From Camelus dromedarius (lineage: Eukaryota), in NCBI RefSeq assembly GCF_036321535.1, contig NC_087460.1:1922001-1986000 (forward strand): a stretch of 64,000 nucleotides of DNA, read 5' to 3'. The translations under genes were made by a program, and so were the position numbers. Shown here one piece after another: positions 23,585 through 37,641 of this stretch (its first letter is position 1; every line of letters begins with the position of its first letter). The notes under the pieces were generated by a model. The model worked only from the letters and a program-made list of their open reading frames with translations, was not told the DNA's origin and ran no database searches.

Positions 23585-26500
23585 GTCTGCCCACGAGGAG
23601 GCTCCCCAGGTGCGCCCGCCCCTCCCCGCGCCTCCGCCCACCGCCCACCTGCCCCGCCCCCGACCCCGCCCCGCCCCCGGGCACAGGTGGGCCCCGCCCC
23701 CGGGCAGCCCTGGGGCGGGGAGAGAACCGCGAAAGGTCCCCCGCGCCTCCGCGGACTCGGGATGCGTGGGGGGCAGGAGGGGCGAGTTCTGAGCCGGACT
23801 CTGTGCCTGAGGGAGGCCGGGCGCCGCCCAGGACTTGACAGTGTTGCTCCCCAAGCAGAAGTGAGGTCGAAGCTGGGTGGACGCGGGCGCGGGGTGGGGG
23901 TCGTGCTGGAGAGGCTTTGGCTTGGGGCCTTTCGTGGCCTGCAGCGACCCTACCCCTGCCTTAGACGAGCTGGGAAGCCATGGCCACTTAATTCAGCCAG
24001 TCTCCCCTTCCCAGTCGGATTTCAGGACCCTAACTTCCTAGCCATAACCACATGTCCGAGAGGCCCTGGGAGAGTTCTCCGGCCACTGCCGTGAACCCCG
24101 AGTAGTTTATCCCCACAGCTGCTGTGAGAGCAGATGTTGGAGGGTTCTGAGGAAGAATTACCCCAAAAAAGGAGAATGGCAAGTGGAAGGAACTCACTCC
24201 TAGAGGTAAAACGTTCATCAAGATATTCTGAATTCCAGTTCTGGGCCTTCAGGCGAGTAAAACATTATTGTCCGGTTTAAATGAGATAATTAAGGGCGTG
24301 GGGGGGGGGGCACCGTGGGCTGCCTAAGGGCCTTCATCACGTAGTAATACAGTTTTTTATTTTTCCATTTTTTCTCCCGGGACTACGGAGAAAGGGGAGG
24401 GTCAAAAGCATTCCCTCACTTTTTAAAACCAAATAAACAACATGCAAATAATGTTCAAAGACAGGACTTCACATAATTGAGCGCCGCGTTTCCCTTCTCT
24501 CTGCGACCGCTGTAGCTGGATGTCTGACCGTCAGATAGTCTCTCCTGGGCCACTGTACCTTGCTCTAACAGGCCCCTTACTCCAGGCCCCCCACCCACAC
24601 CCTCCCCTACCACCCTCTCCCCTACCACCAGATCATCTTTAAAGCTGTTAACACATCCACACCCCTGCTCAAAACCGTTTACTGTCTCCCCAGTGCTTAC
24701 TGATTAAAGTTCACACTGCAAATCTGGAATTCAAGGCCTTCTAAAACCTCTTCCAACTTTATGTGACAATGTGAAAGCTAAAATGAGTTTAATTCGCTGC
24801 CTCCAGCACATTGTCCTTTTCAGCTGGACAGGTCTGACCCCTCCTTCAAGGTCCATTTCAGGACTATGAAGCTTTCCTGGACCAGCCCAGTCTTGGAGCA
24901 ATCCCATCCTCCTTGGCACTGTCTTACAGCTGATGGTCCACACTCCCCCCCCACCCCCACCCCAGGACACCCTCAGGACGCAGCACAAGGTCCAGAGCAC
25001 TCAGGACTGCTTGAGGGTGGCGGCAGAAGTAGAGCAAACATCCCCTAGGGCTCTCCGTGTGGTTCTTTAGCAAAAGGACAATTTTCTACGACAGCCCCAG
25101 GAAACTGTCTCTGTGAAGGTCCAAGCCACAGAAGTGTGCTCCTCTCACCAAAGACTGAGACAGGAACGGCCAGAATGTACAAGCTTGGCCAGGCGGGCGG
25201 GAGGTGACCAGGGTCCCTGTCCGTGGCATCTCTCGCTCTCACTGGGGGCAACCATGCTGGATGTTAAGCTGAGTCAGCTTTCAGGACTTTGTCATGGCAA
25301 TAGGTGGCAGCCCCAGGATTCTTTGCTCAAGACTGGCCCTCCTCAGAAGTATGCAAACCACTCCACTCAACCAGACCCTTGAATGTTTATTATGTGGGAA
25401 CTGAGAGAGAGAGAAAACCAGGAGGGTGCTGTTTAGTTGAGGAAAAAAGATAGTCCAGTAAAAAAAGAAAGCTGACACTTCAAAGGCTGAGTTTCTGGTC
25501 CAAATAGTGAATTCCAAAGAAATTTAGAAAAGGAAAGACATCACTCTGCACCTCTCATTTCTGCCCCCGCCTCTTCTCAGTGCTACTCTGTCCCTCACCT
25601 TGAACAGATTGTTACGTTCCCCGCTTTGGTGAGCGGGCACAGGCGTGGGGAGGGGTAAGGCCAGGAAGCCCCTCTTCTGTGCTCTCTCCTGCTGTGGCTG
25701 CCTCACACCCAGACCCTCCTTCCAGACTGCTTGCTCCAAATCCCTTCTCCACTTCCGCTGACGTCACAGCAGGGAAGATCTGGACTTGGAGACCCAAATT
25801 CCCCTCTCAGTCAATGAATGAGTTGGCTGTCATCCTCCCTCAGGTCCAGAGGGATTCACGGAGACCGGTTTCGGTGGCACGCTGTTGCTGCCAGTGTCTG
25901 CTCATCGTCCTGTCGAGGTAACTGGATGCTCACTGGTTCTTCTGATGCTTTTCTGCATTCTCCACTCTCCCACCTCAGCCCCGGCACCTGACCGGAATGG
26001 GTCATATCACACAAACTGCCCTGAAAGGGAGAAGGAAGCTCCAGCATGCCACCTGTAATGCTGATGGGACAGGCTCCGGCCTTCGGTTTGGCGAGGATGT
26101 CCGAATCAAGTCAAAGCACAGAGGCTGTTCTCCCAAGTGACAGGCTTTGTGAGAGAAGTCAGCCTAAGCTTTTTCAAATGGGCCAAGGGTCGCACAGGAA
26201 GCAGAAAATTCTGATTTGTGAAAGGGAAGGGTGCCCAGTGACCAGGAACTCTGTGAGCAGAACTCTTGTACCCAGAGCGATTCTTATTCTAGACTGCAGG
26301 GACGTCAGAGCAGACTAGCTCCCACGGCCCCCGCTCCCCTCCCGTTTCCGAAGACCTGACGTCTACTTGGTGACGCAGCGCCTTTGAGCGTCCAGAGCAG
26401 TGTACGTCTAAGACGTGTGTTTGATTTCTCGCCATCATGTGGGAACAGCAGGGGAGGCGTTCTCCTCTCTTTCACAGACAGACTTCACAAGCAAGCCTCA

Positions 26501-28588
26501 GTTTCTTGAAGGTGACCTGCACCCCGTGGGAGACGGACTCGGGACTAGTCTCAGCTCTTCAGCCTCCGGCCCTCTTCCACGGACCCGAGTCCTCCTCCTC
26601 CCGCCTGGCCTTCCGCACTCCTTGACGCCCTTGCAGACCCTCACTCTCCCCTTCTCTTTTATTTACTTCAGGAGCTTCCCTGCTATTCAAATGCCTTTCG
26701 TGGAGATAACTTGGTTGGAAATTCCGATGATAAATCAATCCTCTGGATCCCTGGGCCGTCACTAAAGCCAGCGCCTTGGACTGAGACACAGAGCTGTGAG
26801 TTCCTTTGAGAGAATTCCTAATGGAGAGAAGAGTGGTGCTAAGGCTCTATCCCCAAGGGCCACGGTCAACTCGTGTAAGTCACTCGTACCCAGAGCTGCA
26901 GGTTTCTCGGATTCCATTCTGCAGACAGGAAACCGGCTCAGAGACAAGAAATAACACTCAAGGTGATGTAGGTCTCAGATGGGACTCAAACTCAGGCATT
27001 CTACCTTCACATCCAGCACTTCTGTTTCCCCTTTGCATGTGTTGCTACCCTGGAAGTTCCCCTGGAGAAATATATTCACCCTGGAAACCATGAGCTCACT
27101 CTCAGCACATCCATAACTCACCGGCCACATGATCATCCTTCTCACCCTCTCCTCCCCACCCTCGTCAGGGCTGCCAGACCACACTTTACTTTTTCCTGTC
27201 CCTTCCTTCCATGAGTCCATCTTTCAGAAACCGTCCTGCAGAGCTTGCTACTGTGGAGAACAATCCCAGAAGGTGGAAACCCTCACTGAGTGCTGCTTAT
27301 TGGCGACTTCTCCTGATTTCCAATGCAGCTGAGCCCTTCTGTGTGGCCAACAGAAAGAACTGTATGAACCCTGGCCAAGCCCCACACCTCAGCTCCTGCA
27401 TCTGTGGTCCTGAATCACTCTGCTTGCTAGACTAGGGGAAGATGGATATTTACCATCCTGATAGAGGAATGTGTGCAAGACTGCGTCTCGGAGACTCAAA
27501 GGAACCAGAGGAAGAGGACTAAGACGCTGTGCTGAAGGGTCGGGACAAAGCGTACTGGCTGGGAAGACCCCAGGCGATTCACATGCTGAGAGCGTACGAG
27601 TCCTTCTCCCTCCCAGTCCTCAAGTGTGATGTGTGACCCAGACCAGAACCATGTGCTCCGAAGCTTGTCTGGCATCCATGGCAGAGCCTAGCTTCCCTCC
27701 CCAGCCTGCAGGGTGCTTGCCTCCAAATGACGCCAGGCTCCCCCAGCGTCCTGCCCCCGGGGAAGAGGATTCTTTAGCAAGTCAACCATTATCCACGCTG
27801 AAAAATCAGTTTTCAACTAAGTAAAACCCATTATTTCCCTCCACTCAGGTTTGCTTCGTGGCTGGGAAGCCTACAAGGAGAACTAGGGTGTACGGCAGAC
27901 TTGGTCGTTCAGCTGTTGGTGTAGAAACAGGGACTAAGTCAGCGCTCCCTGAAGCTCCACGCCCCGTCTCTCCGACGCGGAACTCCACAGAGTCTCCTGC
28001 GCCTTCCCTGGGAAGGCGCTCTCTGCCGCCTGCTCCGCCTGCTATGGCAGCACAGCTCAGGGTCCGGAGCACGGCCCACAGCCGTGACAACACGTTCACC
28101 GTCTCCAAGCTGCGTGGCTCACCACAGCCCCAGGCCCACGGTCCACGGCACTCAGGACTCCAAGTGACCTCTTCGTGCTTCCTTCTTTTCTCCCAAGGAC
28201 ACACCCCACGGGCTTGGTCCCCAGGAGCACACACCCCGGCTCTCTGGTGCTGCCCCCTGCAGCCCTGAGGGTGTTCTCAGCATTTGCCAAACAAGCTGTA
28301 GGTCTCCTGGCCTCTGAGTGAAGCTGGATTTCCCGCCTCTACCCTTCCATTGGTGGAGAAAGAAATTCCCCGTGCATCTCCTGCTCTGACTTCACTTCTC
28401 CCGCCCCTAACGGTGGGGTCGGTGACTTAATCTGCTCTACATTCCATAACCTGTGGTCCTTTGGCAGCACCCAGCCCAGAGGTCATTCAATAAACACTCT
28501 CATGATGCACGTGGTTCTGACTCCGGTTCCTCAGGAGGTCTGCCTCTGCTGAAGCCCATTCACGTGAGGATGCCTTCCTCTAATGAGG

Positions 28589-28630
28589 CAGACGCTACAC
28601 CTGATCTTAGCCAAGAGGCCAAGAAGTGAT
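28589..28630 (-). pseudogene. 3'-truncated U2 snRNA retrocopy (U2 nt 1-42)
   Basis: Minus strand ATCACTTCTTGGCCTCTTGGCTAAGATCAGGTGTAGCGTCTG vs U2 ATCGCTTCTCGGCCTTTTGGCTAAGATCAAGTGTAGTATCTG, 36/42 identical; similarity stops after nt 42. Confidence 0.9.
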
Positions 28631-31600
28631 CCGGTGAAGCAGAAATGGAAGCATGGATGGTCCTGCCCATGCCTCGAATATGGCTGAATCCACTCATCCG
28701 CTGGGGACACTGCGGGTAGCCCAGGCGAGTGGCCAGCACGGCTGTATTAACCTACCTTATGGCTTTGCTGGGGAAGAACAATGATCCTCAAGGCAGGACA
28801 TGTGCAGAGTGCCGCAAAACAGCTCAAGTGCTCGAGCCCCAGACAGACTTTCTGAAAACCTCCTTTGTTTAAGTTCACAGGGCCAGGCTGTGAACCCTGG
28901 TGCGAGCACCCCAGCCACGCCACTTAGCACTCAATCACTGCGGCATCTCGATGGCCCGTCTCGGGTTCCCGACGGGGATGCTGGGCACCGCCAGCGGGAG
29001 TCGGAGCTGCTGGTTTCAGGTTTCTCGGCTGTGTTATCTAAGAACCGGCTGCTTGGGATTTCATCGGGGCTGGTTTGGGAGAGAGGCAGACGCCGTCTTT
29101 TCCCCAGAACAGACTACTCTTTGAGCTCTGCCGCCACCCGGACTGGGGATGGAAGAGAGAAAACACAAACCCCCACTGTATGTGGTTCTTTGGAATTTAG
29201 CTTGGCCAGGGAGAGGGAAAGTTAAAGAGCCACATGGCGCTTCCACTCCCCACGCCCTCTGCCGGCAGCAAACCCCATCCACTGAGGCTTGCCAGACTGG
29301 AAGGGGGTCAGGGTGGGGACCAGAAGCATTTCTGACCCCCTCAGCAGCGGCCCAGGCTCCCATCCCTTCCAGCTCAACCCGAGAGCGCTGGGGCAGGAGA
29401 CTGATTTAAGTCCGTTTGCAGGGACCACCAACGTTCTCATCTGGCCAAGCTAGGAGAAAGGAGAGGAGCCAGTTTAGGGACCTGGAACAAGGACCGGCAG
29501 TGGAACGAATCAGGAGATGAGGCCTGCCTTCTGTTTTCCTGTGCCCTCGTGTCCTTGCGCGCCAGTGGCGGCGATGGAGGTCTGGGAGGCTCGGCATGAG
29601 GACGGGTCTTCTGGAGAAAGTGAAGGGCTGAGTTCTTCCTAAGCTGTTAGAGCTGCTGGAAAACCCTTCTGCCTCAACAAAGCAGGCGTCTTGCCCTCGA
29701 AAAAGGGCCGTCAGTGCAGGGCAGCAAGAGACGTGTGTGGAGAACCTTTTCTTCTGTCACCCCAGGTCTTTTAGGGGACATGCCACACTCTCACTTGCCT
29801 TCGGAGTATTTAGAAGGCAACCACAGAGCTGTCCAGCCTCTGAACTGACTTTCGCACCTTGGCCAGCTAGCCTCCGCTCTGTATTTTCCAGTCCTGGTGT
29901 TGTCCTGGCTTTCTAGGTGGAGTATGTTGCTTTCAGGTTGGTTTTCCCTTAGATTCTGTATTATTCCTGAGGGAGATCACCCCTGTGTTCAGACACCTCC
30001 AGAAAAGGAACCTCACGACACTCTTCCCGTTAGTGGCTGGAGTCGTGGGAAGGCAGCAGATCACGCAGAGGGACGGGGGACTGTGTGGAGAGCACCGGTC
30101 AGAACCCTGGGGACATGAGGAAGGGGAGTCAGAGATGGGGTGGGGGCGCCTGGGGGCAGGGAGGGCAGGGCGGTGCCAGTGCAGGTGGCAGGGGGCTCCC
30201 TCGATACCAGCGCTGGGGAGGTGAGGCTGGGGCACCCCCCCGCGACGCACAGGGAGCCGGGAGAGTGGTGAGCTGGAGAGGGGCCTGGTCGGACTGCACG
30301 GAGGTGCAATTCAGAACCCCAAAGACATCAGAGGAGTTAAGCACAGAACGTAGAGAAAGAGGAGTTTTAGAAGGTTGTTGACAGGGGATGGAGTTCATTG
30401 CTTTGACACAAAGCAAAAAAGAGAACAGGGCTATTGGCACACAGACCACAGAGCTATTTTCTGCAGAAGCTTATCAGGGTCAGGCTGGACTCGGGGGTGT
30501 CAGGGAGACCGTGGCGGGGACTCACTCTAAGAGGAGCCCCAGACAGACCACTGCAATCTGGACTCAGTGCTGAGCTGGGGGCCAAAGAAAACCCTACGAA
30601 AGTCTGCACAGCAGTGCCGCATCGGGCTGGCCCAGGTTTTAGGGCCCTCTGTTCAACATTTAATGGTCCTTTACAAATGTCCAGGTTGCCAGGGAAGAGA
30701 CCCTGGAACAGTCAACACAGTGACAGCAAAACTGTGCTGATTTAAAATTAGCGCTGAAAAAATTGTTTTAAAAATAAATAAAATTAGCACTGATATTGCT
30801 CATTACTAAGGCGCTCAGTGGATGTGAGACAACTGCGAGCCTAAAGGAGAAGAAAATATCACAAAACCAACACAAGGGCGAGCGCCGTGGTCCGGTCCGG
30901 AGTAGCTGGGATGCCCGAGCTGCAGACGAGCGTGTCAAAGTGGAGCGGCTGACGGGGGAGGCTGGGCAAGACGCACACAGGGCCCCTCCGCTTTCCCTTA
31001 CAGCCATGTACGCACCTACAAGGACCCAGAACAGGTAGACAGACAGGTGGGTAGGCAGGTGGGCAGAGGTGAGCTGACTTACCAAGCGGTGCAGCCCAGG
31101 AAGCAAAGAGGAAAAGAAGCTAAGAAGGGCGAACGGGAGTAACAGCCGCCCCTCAGAGGTCACGCGCCCAGAAGGCTGCAGGGGCGGGGGGGCTGCTGGG
31201 GAGTCCTACTGCGCACACTCACACGCCACTGCAGACGTGAATATCAGCATCTGGGAGCTCCAAAACAAGTGCATCATATCCAACATGCGGGACATGCCAC
31301 ACACAACGACATGGGTGTGCCACATTGTCACCTTCCACGGGAGGTGGTTAAGTGACTGCTCCCGACGCCCAGGCTGTGCTCACACCAGGCCTGCCCTGAC
31401 ACTGCGTTACCAGCCAGTCGGGAGTGGAAGACTTCACAGCTCAGAACCATGAAGCGCTGTTTTCATGTAGAGACTTAAAAATACCCCTTTCCAAACACTT
31501 TCTGTGCAGTGCCTCTCCCTTCCCTTGGCAGCCAAAGCCTCCAGCGCCACCTCTCCACCTGCCTTTTGTTCGGAGGCTCTGCCTACTCTGACCGTGTGGG

Positions 31601-31929
31601 GCTCGGCGCCCCCTCCCCACCCCGACTTGGGAAGTGGGGAGGGCACGTGAAGCAGGCTGACTTGCTACAATCCGAGACGGCTCCCCACTGGCAATGGGAG
31701 GTCAAGCCAACTCTGCATCTTCGCCAAGACCTACTCCCACCAGGTCTATCCCTTGCCCCCACCACCTCCTTCCATCCTCCAAGCAGCCACTCTTCCCAGG
31801 GCCCCCAACTCACTTTCAGTAAATGGCTTCAACTTTAATTTCCGTATGAATGAGGCACCACCCCTTCTCAGTTACCTGCTTATCCACTCTGATGCCTCCC
31901 CCCCACCCCAGGCCCTCCCGCATCTTGCT

Positions 31930-32720
31930 TCCTGAACACCCTATCCCCGTCTCCAGTCCCGTCCTCTGGCTGTGTCCTTCAGTCTGTGAGTGCGATTACG
32001 TCTTCCCCGACTGGAAGTCACCAGAACTCCTTTCCTTGGACTTACCACCTCTAAACCACTTCCCATCTTGCTCCCGTCTCCCTCCTCAGCTGAATTACAA
32101 GCCGACTTCCATCTCCTCTTCACTGGAACTGCTTTCAATCCACCTGCTACTAAATTGCCAAAGACAGTATCTCAATTCCCATTTACCTTACTTTTCTACA
32201 GCGTTTGACAGCACCGCCAGCCCAGGCTTCCAGACACGCTTTTCCTGTTATTCAGACCATCCCTTTGCCACCAGCTCTCTCCTCTGACCACCACGGTTTC
32301 CCCTCTGTGGCCTTTTCCTCTGATTCCCTACGCTCCCGCTCTGATCTCACCTGCGTCCATGGTTTGCATCCACAGTGTGTTATCTTCTTTACGCCAACAA
32401 GTCTAAAGCTCTGTCTTTAATCCTAATTTCCCCCGACTTCCATCTCCCTATCCTCAAACCTACTGGAAACCCACCGCTTCTCACAGATGCTAAATCTCAG
32501 GTAACGGTGTCACTAAACACACGGTTCCGAAGCCAGACACTCTGGAGTTAGAGAACTACCCTCAACGCTCCCCTAGCACTCACATCTCACCCACCGCAGA
32601 GGCGACGTCCACCCTGCTCCTGAATGTTTCTCAAGTCTGTCCCTTTCTCTCTGCTCCTAATGTCTCCCCTAAGACCCTGAGCTCAGCCACCTCCTTTCTC
32701 CCGCTCTTGTATGCAGTGAG
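31930..32720 (+). mobile_element. L2 fragment (RT region)
   Basis: Pyrimidine-rich; ttttctacagcgtttgacagc resembles L2 LSAAFDT coding segment. Confidence 0.6.
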
Positions 32721-33719
32721 TGGTGACAGTACAATCTGCTGTTCCAAGTGTTACTGTAAATCCTGGTGGCCAACCTAGTGTGGTGTGGGTGGAGAGGCAG
32801 TGGGGATCATAAGACTGGATAAAAATAACACAGCCAGAGGCTATTTCATGGTGTGAAAAATCACATACATTTCATGGATAAAAAAGTGATTTATTCCTAA
32901 GTGACTCTTAAACACCTAGGCTAAAAGAGAAATTTTAAAAGGCAAAGCAGGTGACACTGACAGCTCTTTCCTGAATACCCAAAGCCCATCCTCTGCTTTG
33001 TGCCTGCAGACACTGCAGTAAACCCTGGCATTAAGGGACTGTGCCTCACCCTGATCTGCAGCAAAGACCTTCCTAGAAATAAACATCCCATATATTTATA
33101 ATCACGTCATCCTTACTCCTCGCCCCTGATTTTTAAGAAGGTGAGTTTGCATTTCAGATTCTTTCTTTATGCATGAAGTGGTATCACTTTACTTCTGATT
33201 TTGGTTAATGGGGGTTTTCCCCCCATTTTTAAGCAAAACCAAATGTTTTCAATCATTGCAAAAGATCTTGAAATATTTAACAGACTTACGTTACTGAAGT
33301 AAGTGAAATTGCACACCATTTCTTAGCCCCATATTCTGTGACTCTGTCCCCGGTAATGCACGTCCCCAAACATTCCATTCTCACGTTGCCCCTCTACCTG
33401 GATCGCCCAGTTGTCTGACTCCGAACTCACCTGAGATTCACCTCATTTAAGTCACCTTCTCTGCTTTGTCCTCTGCACCCACAGCGCACAGCTGACCACC
33501 AATATCTGGAACACAAATGCTGTCTTTGTGTTCTCTATAAACTTAAGATCTAGCACCATTTCCAGGATGTACAGAGCATCTAAAACCAAAATGCTGAACT
33601 AAGGAATTAATGGTATTAAATACTTCCTGGAATCTGACTGACAATGGTGGGAAATTGACAAGAAGTTAACTGAAGTCAAAATACAGAAGATAGTGCAGAA
33701 CTAAGCCGTTTCATAGACT

Positions 33720-34665
33720 TAAAAAAATTGATATATAATCCACATAAAATTCACCAGCTTTCAATATATCCAGTTTTTGTGGGGGGAGGGTATAGCTCAG
33801 TGGTAGAGCGTGTGCCCAGCATGCACGAGGTCCTGGGTTCAATCCCCAGGCCCTCCATCAAGAAAAAGTAAATAAATAAACCTAATTACCCCCCCCAAAA
33901 AATCTAGTTTTGCAAACCATCACCCCAAAAAGTACCCGCATGCCCATCAGCGGTCACCCCCATCCCTCCCTCTCCTCAGCCGCTGGCAACCACTCATCTG
34001 CTTTCCTTTTCTATGGATCTGCGTGTGGTGATGTTTCAGTGAACAATATGGATCATACAACACGCAACCTTTTGTGCGTGGCTCCTTCACAGAGCATCGT
34101 GTTGTCCAGGTGCACCCCCACCGCAGCACAGATCCCAGGACCGCGTGCCTTTCTGTGGCTGAACAATATTCGGTTGTCGGGCGCGTGACGTTCTGTCCGC
34201 CTGCTCACCAGGGGATGAACATCTGGGTCGTTTCTACTTCTGAGCGACTACGAATAATGCTGCTGTGGACATCCTCGTACAAGACTTCTCGTGGATGCGC
34301 ATTTTCATTTCTCTCAGGTACGTGCGCAAGGAGTGGCACTGCTGGATCACGTGGGAACTCCACGTCTAACTTTTGAGGATCCGCCAGGCTGTCTTCCTAA
34401 GAGGAAGCACCATTTTACGTCCCCACCAGCGACGTGGGCGGGCCCCCCTCTCTCGTTCACCGCGGCCATCCCAGGGGGCGTGGAGCGGGGTCTCACTGCT
34501 GATTTCCACTTTAGTAACCAACACGGAGCATCTTTTCACGCGCTTGGTGGCCGTCTGTGCCTCTCCTCTGGAGGAAGCCCGCTCAGCCCCCCAGCCGCCT
34601 CGCGTGGCCTCTGTGTCCGGGAGCTCGAAGAGCTCTTCACGCGCTCTGGGTGCTAGGTTCTCTCT
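33720..34665 (-). mobile_element. L1MB/MC 3' fragment, unusually GC- and CpG-rich
   Basis: ataatgctgctgtggacatcctcgtacaag..ggagtggcactgctggatcacgtgggaactcc..accattttacgtccccaccagc match L1M 3' end motifs. Confidence 0.8.
33781..33902 (+). mobile_element. Vic-1 type SINE inserted in an L1M fragment
   Basis: Full head and tail; degenerate TSD tccagttttt / tctagtttt. Confidence 0.9.
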
Positions 34666-35613
34666 TCCTTAATCCTCAGTCACCCGGTGGAAGCAGGGAT
34701 TGGTCTCTGTTTCACAGATAAACAGATACTAGAGCCTGGAGTGTCAGCGAGAGGCATGACTGAATCCACACCTGGCTCCCCAAAGCCCACGCTCTTTCTG
34801 CGTTTCTGTGCGGCTTCCTGCTGACAAGAGGGCGGCGACACCCGCGTGTGGTTTCAGTGAAGATGACCGGCGCTGGAATTGAGGCCAGGGTGTCACAAAC
34901 ATTATCAGCTGACTGTGGCAGTCAACGGTGGCAGGCCTCAGAGCCACATATAAAATAAAACAGGCTTACGTGAGATTCTTTCTTACTCTGAAAGCCTGTG
35001 ATTCGACAAGCCTTTCTGTTTCAACTGCCCCGCATCAAACACAACAGGCGGGGACAGCCGATGCTTTAAGCGTCAGGACCAAAGGAACAGCCTCCCAGTG
35101 AGGTACATCCCTCTGAAGCACAGGTCCAGTCTCCTCTAGGAATTTCTGTTTCAGTTTATTAGACACCTGATCTGCTAGCACAGCCTTAAAAAAAAAAGGT
35201 AGCATCTCCCACTGGCAGTTCAGTCACCACTTCCCTTAACACAAATACGGAAACTTGGGTTCTTTCCCTTGTCGTGGGCAAATCAGAATGATGCCGTAAC
35301 AAGCCAAGGCCAACTGAATTCCCAGGGGCTGTCCAGGCAGCTTCACAACTACCTCGCCCCAAGTGCACAGCAAATCGCCTGAAAGAGAGAGAGATGGGAA
35401 AACGGGTATGGTTTTAGTGCCATCGTCCTGTACCATCTTTGCTGCCTCCAAACACGAGATGATTTCAAGGGATGCGTTTAGGAAAACTGTCGTCTGTGCA
35501 CAGCCCTGTGTGGTCCGTGGAACAGGTAAGAAGACCGAGTCATTAACAAAGTGGAAACATGGTTTTAACAAGAAACTACAGAAAACTCAAATAGAATATT
35601 TTCAATTACGTAC

Positions 35614-35619
35614 TTTATT
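35614..35619 (-). terminator. CCDC77: CCDC77 polyadenylation signal AATAAA (3'UTR ~0.74 kb); second AATAAA at 35155-35160
   Basis: tttatt on + strand followed on the minus strand by U/GU-rich tttgagttttctgtagtttcttg. Confidence 0.7.
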
Positions 35620-36336
35620 TAAAATATACACATTATTTTTAAAAAGACCCTGGTGTTGGTTGCACACCAAACTGCTCACACAGGGACAGAGTCAGTCTCA
35701 CTCGCTCTTACCAAGCGGCACTGTCACGTCCCAGGTGAACATTCTGCTCAAGAGCACGGTCTCTGGCGCCCTCTGGCGAAACTTCACGAGATTGCGCGTC
35801 CAGAAGGGAACTCGGGCCCTGCAGCTCGGGAGAGGCTGGCGGGATAACTGAGTCACAGCCTCCCGGGCTGACAGGCCGTGATTTGCAGCCTCTGCCCAGA
35901 AGGAGGGCAACCTCAGTGGGCGTCACTATCTCCTGGGAAAGGGTTCCTCGCACTGACACTCAGCCATGCTCACAGCAAAAATACTTTCTTCCTAAGCTGC
36001 TGTTGTCTTCTTATAAAAAAACAGAATTAAAAAAAAAAAACCCTGTCATTATACATGGGAGAGAGAATGTGGGAAAGTCTGTAATTCAGGTTATAATCCA
36101 GATCCAAAAAAAAAAAAAAAAAAAAACCCACAGAAAAAGTCAACAGGACAGCAAAAATCATAAAGCCCGGAACGCAGAAAGAGCTCTTCCAGGGGTCCCC
36201 GATCCTTCACCCTGTCTCCTCACAACGGACGCCAGCACTCGAGGCAGCTCTGGGCCGACAGCCCCTGGGAGAAGACGAGCTGCCTCCGCCGTGAGGAGGT
36301 GGCCCTGCTCCAGGCGGGGCTGCTCCTGAACACCCA

Positions 36337-36483
<147 letters not shown>

Positions 36484-37063
36484 CTAGACATTTGGGAGAA
36501 AAAAAAAGAAAAGGAAGAACTGGTTACGGCACACGCCGGAGGACAGAGCTCAGCTCGCCCTGCAGACCGGGCTGCGCCGCTCCTGCCCACGGGACTTGCG
36601 GGCACGGGACAGTCGGTCCTCAGTCTGCGCGGCGAGGAGCAGAGAAAGGACGTCGTCGAGCAGGGCGCAGCAGGAAGGGCTCGAGGCCCCTGCGCGCCCT
36701 CCCGACTGTGAAGGAGCCGAGACATCGTGGCCAGTCAGCAGGGAACGACGCGCAAAAGGAAGAGACCAGCATGAGCAGTACTGGTAAACCTGCCCAAGAG
36801 AGAAAGCAAGCACCCCTCCGCTCTGCAGGTCCCCACGTGGCCCCGCGGTCGTCCAGCACACGCGGGGGACCGGGCAGGTCTGACGGCAGTCCACATACAG
36901 ACACGTCTGCCAGGGAGGAAGCCCTTTTTTTAACTCGATTACTCGCCTTCCCCACGTGTAAAACAGACACAGTTCTCTGAATCCACTTCGGGGGGGGGGG
37001 CGTGTGTGTGTGAAAGTTTCTGCTTAGACGGAGTTGAGCTTAGATGAAGCCCAGGCTGCCTCA

Positions 37064-37641
<578 letters not shown>

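Larger units (their letters stand above)
22720..23900. promoter_or_regulatory. B4GALNT3: CpG island / promoter of B4GALNT3
   Basis: Very high GC and CpG density around exon 1, several GGGCGG boxes at 23620-23720. Confidence 0.9.

Noticed and set aside
22930-24094. Long ORFs (302 aa RRSPP, 296 aa RRLAA, GEAAS and GGERR repeats) suggesting SR-like or repeat proteins
   Set aside because: They are translations of the 15-bp VNTR inside a stop-poor CpG island, mostly from non-ATG starts; the real coding sequence is B4GALNT3 exon 1.
24442-24449. Octamer ATGCAAAT upstream of B4GALNT3 (also near 5491 and 6064)
   Set aside because: Frequency near expectation and no canonical Sox-Oct composite.
30990-31090. 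Small exon-like unit (cttacag...AACAG|gtagac) between CCDC77 and B4GALNT3
   Set aside because: No recognisable product or partner exons; splice-like motifs are common.
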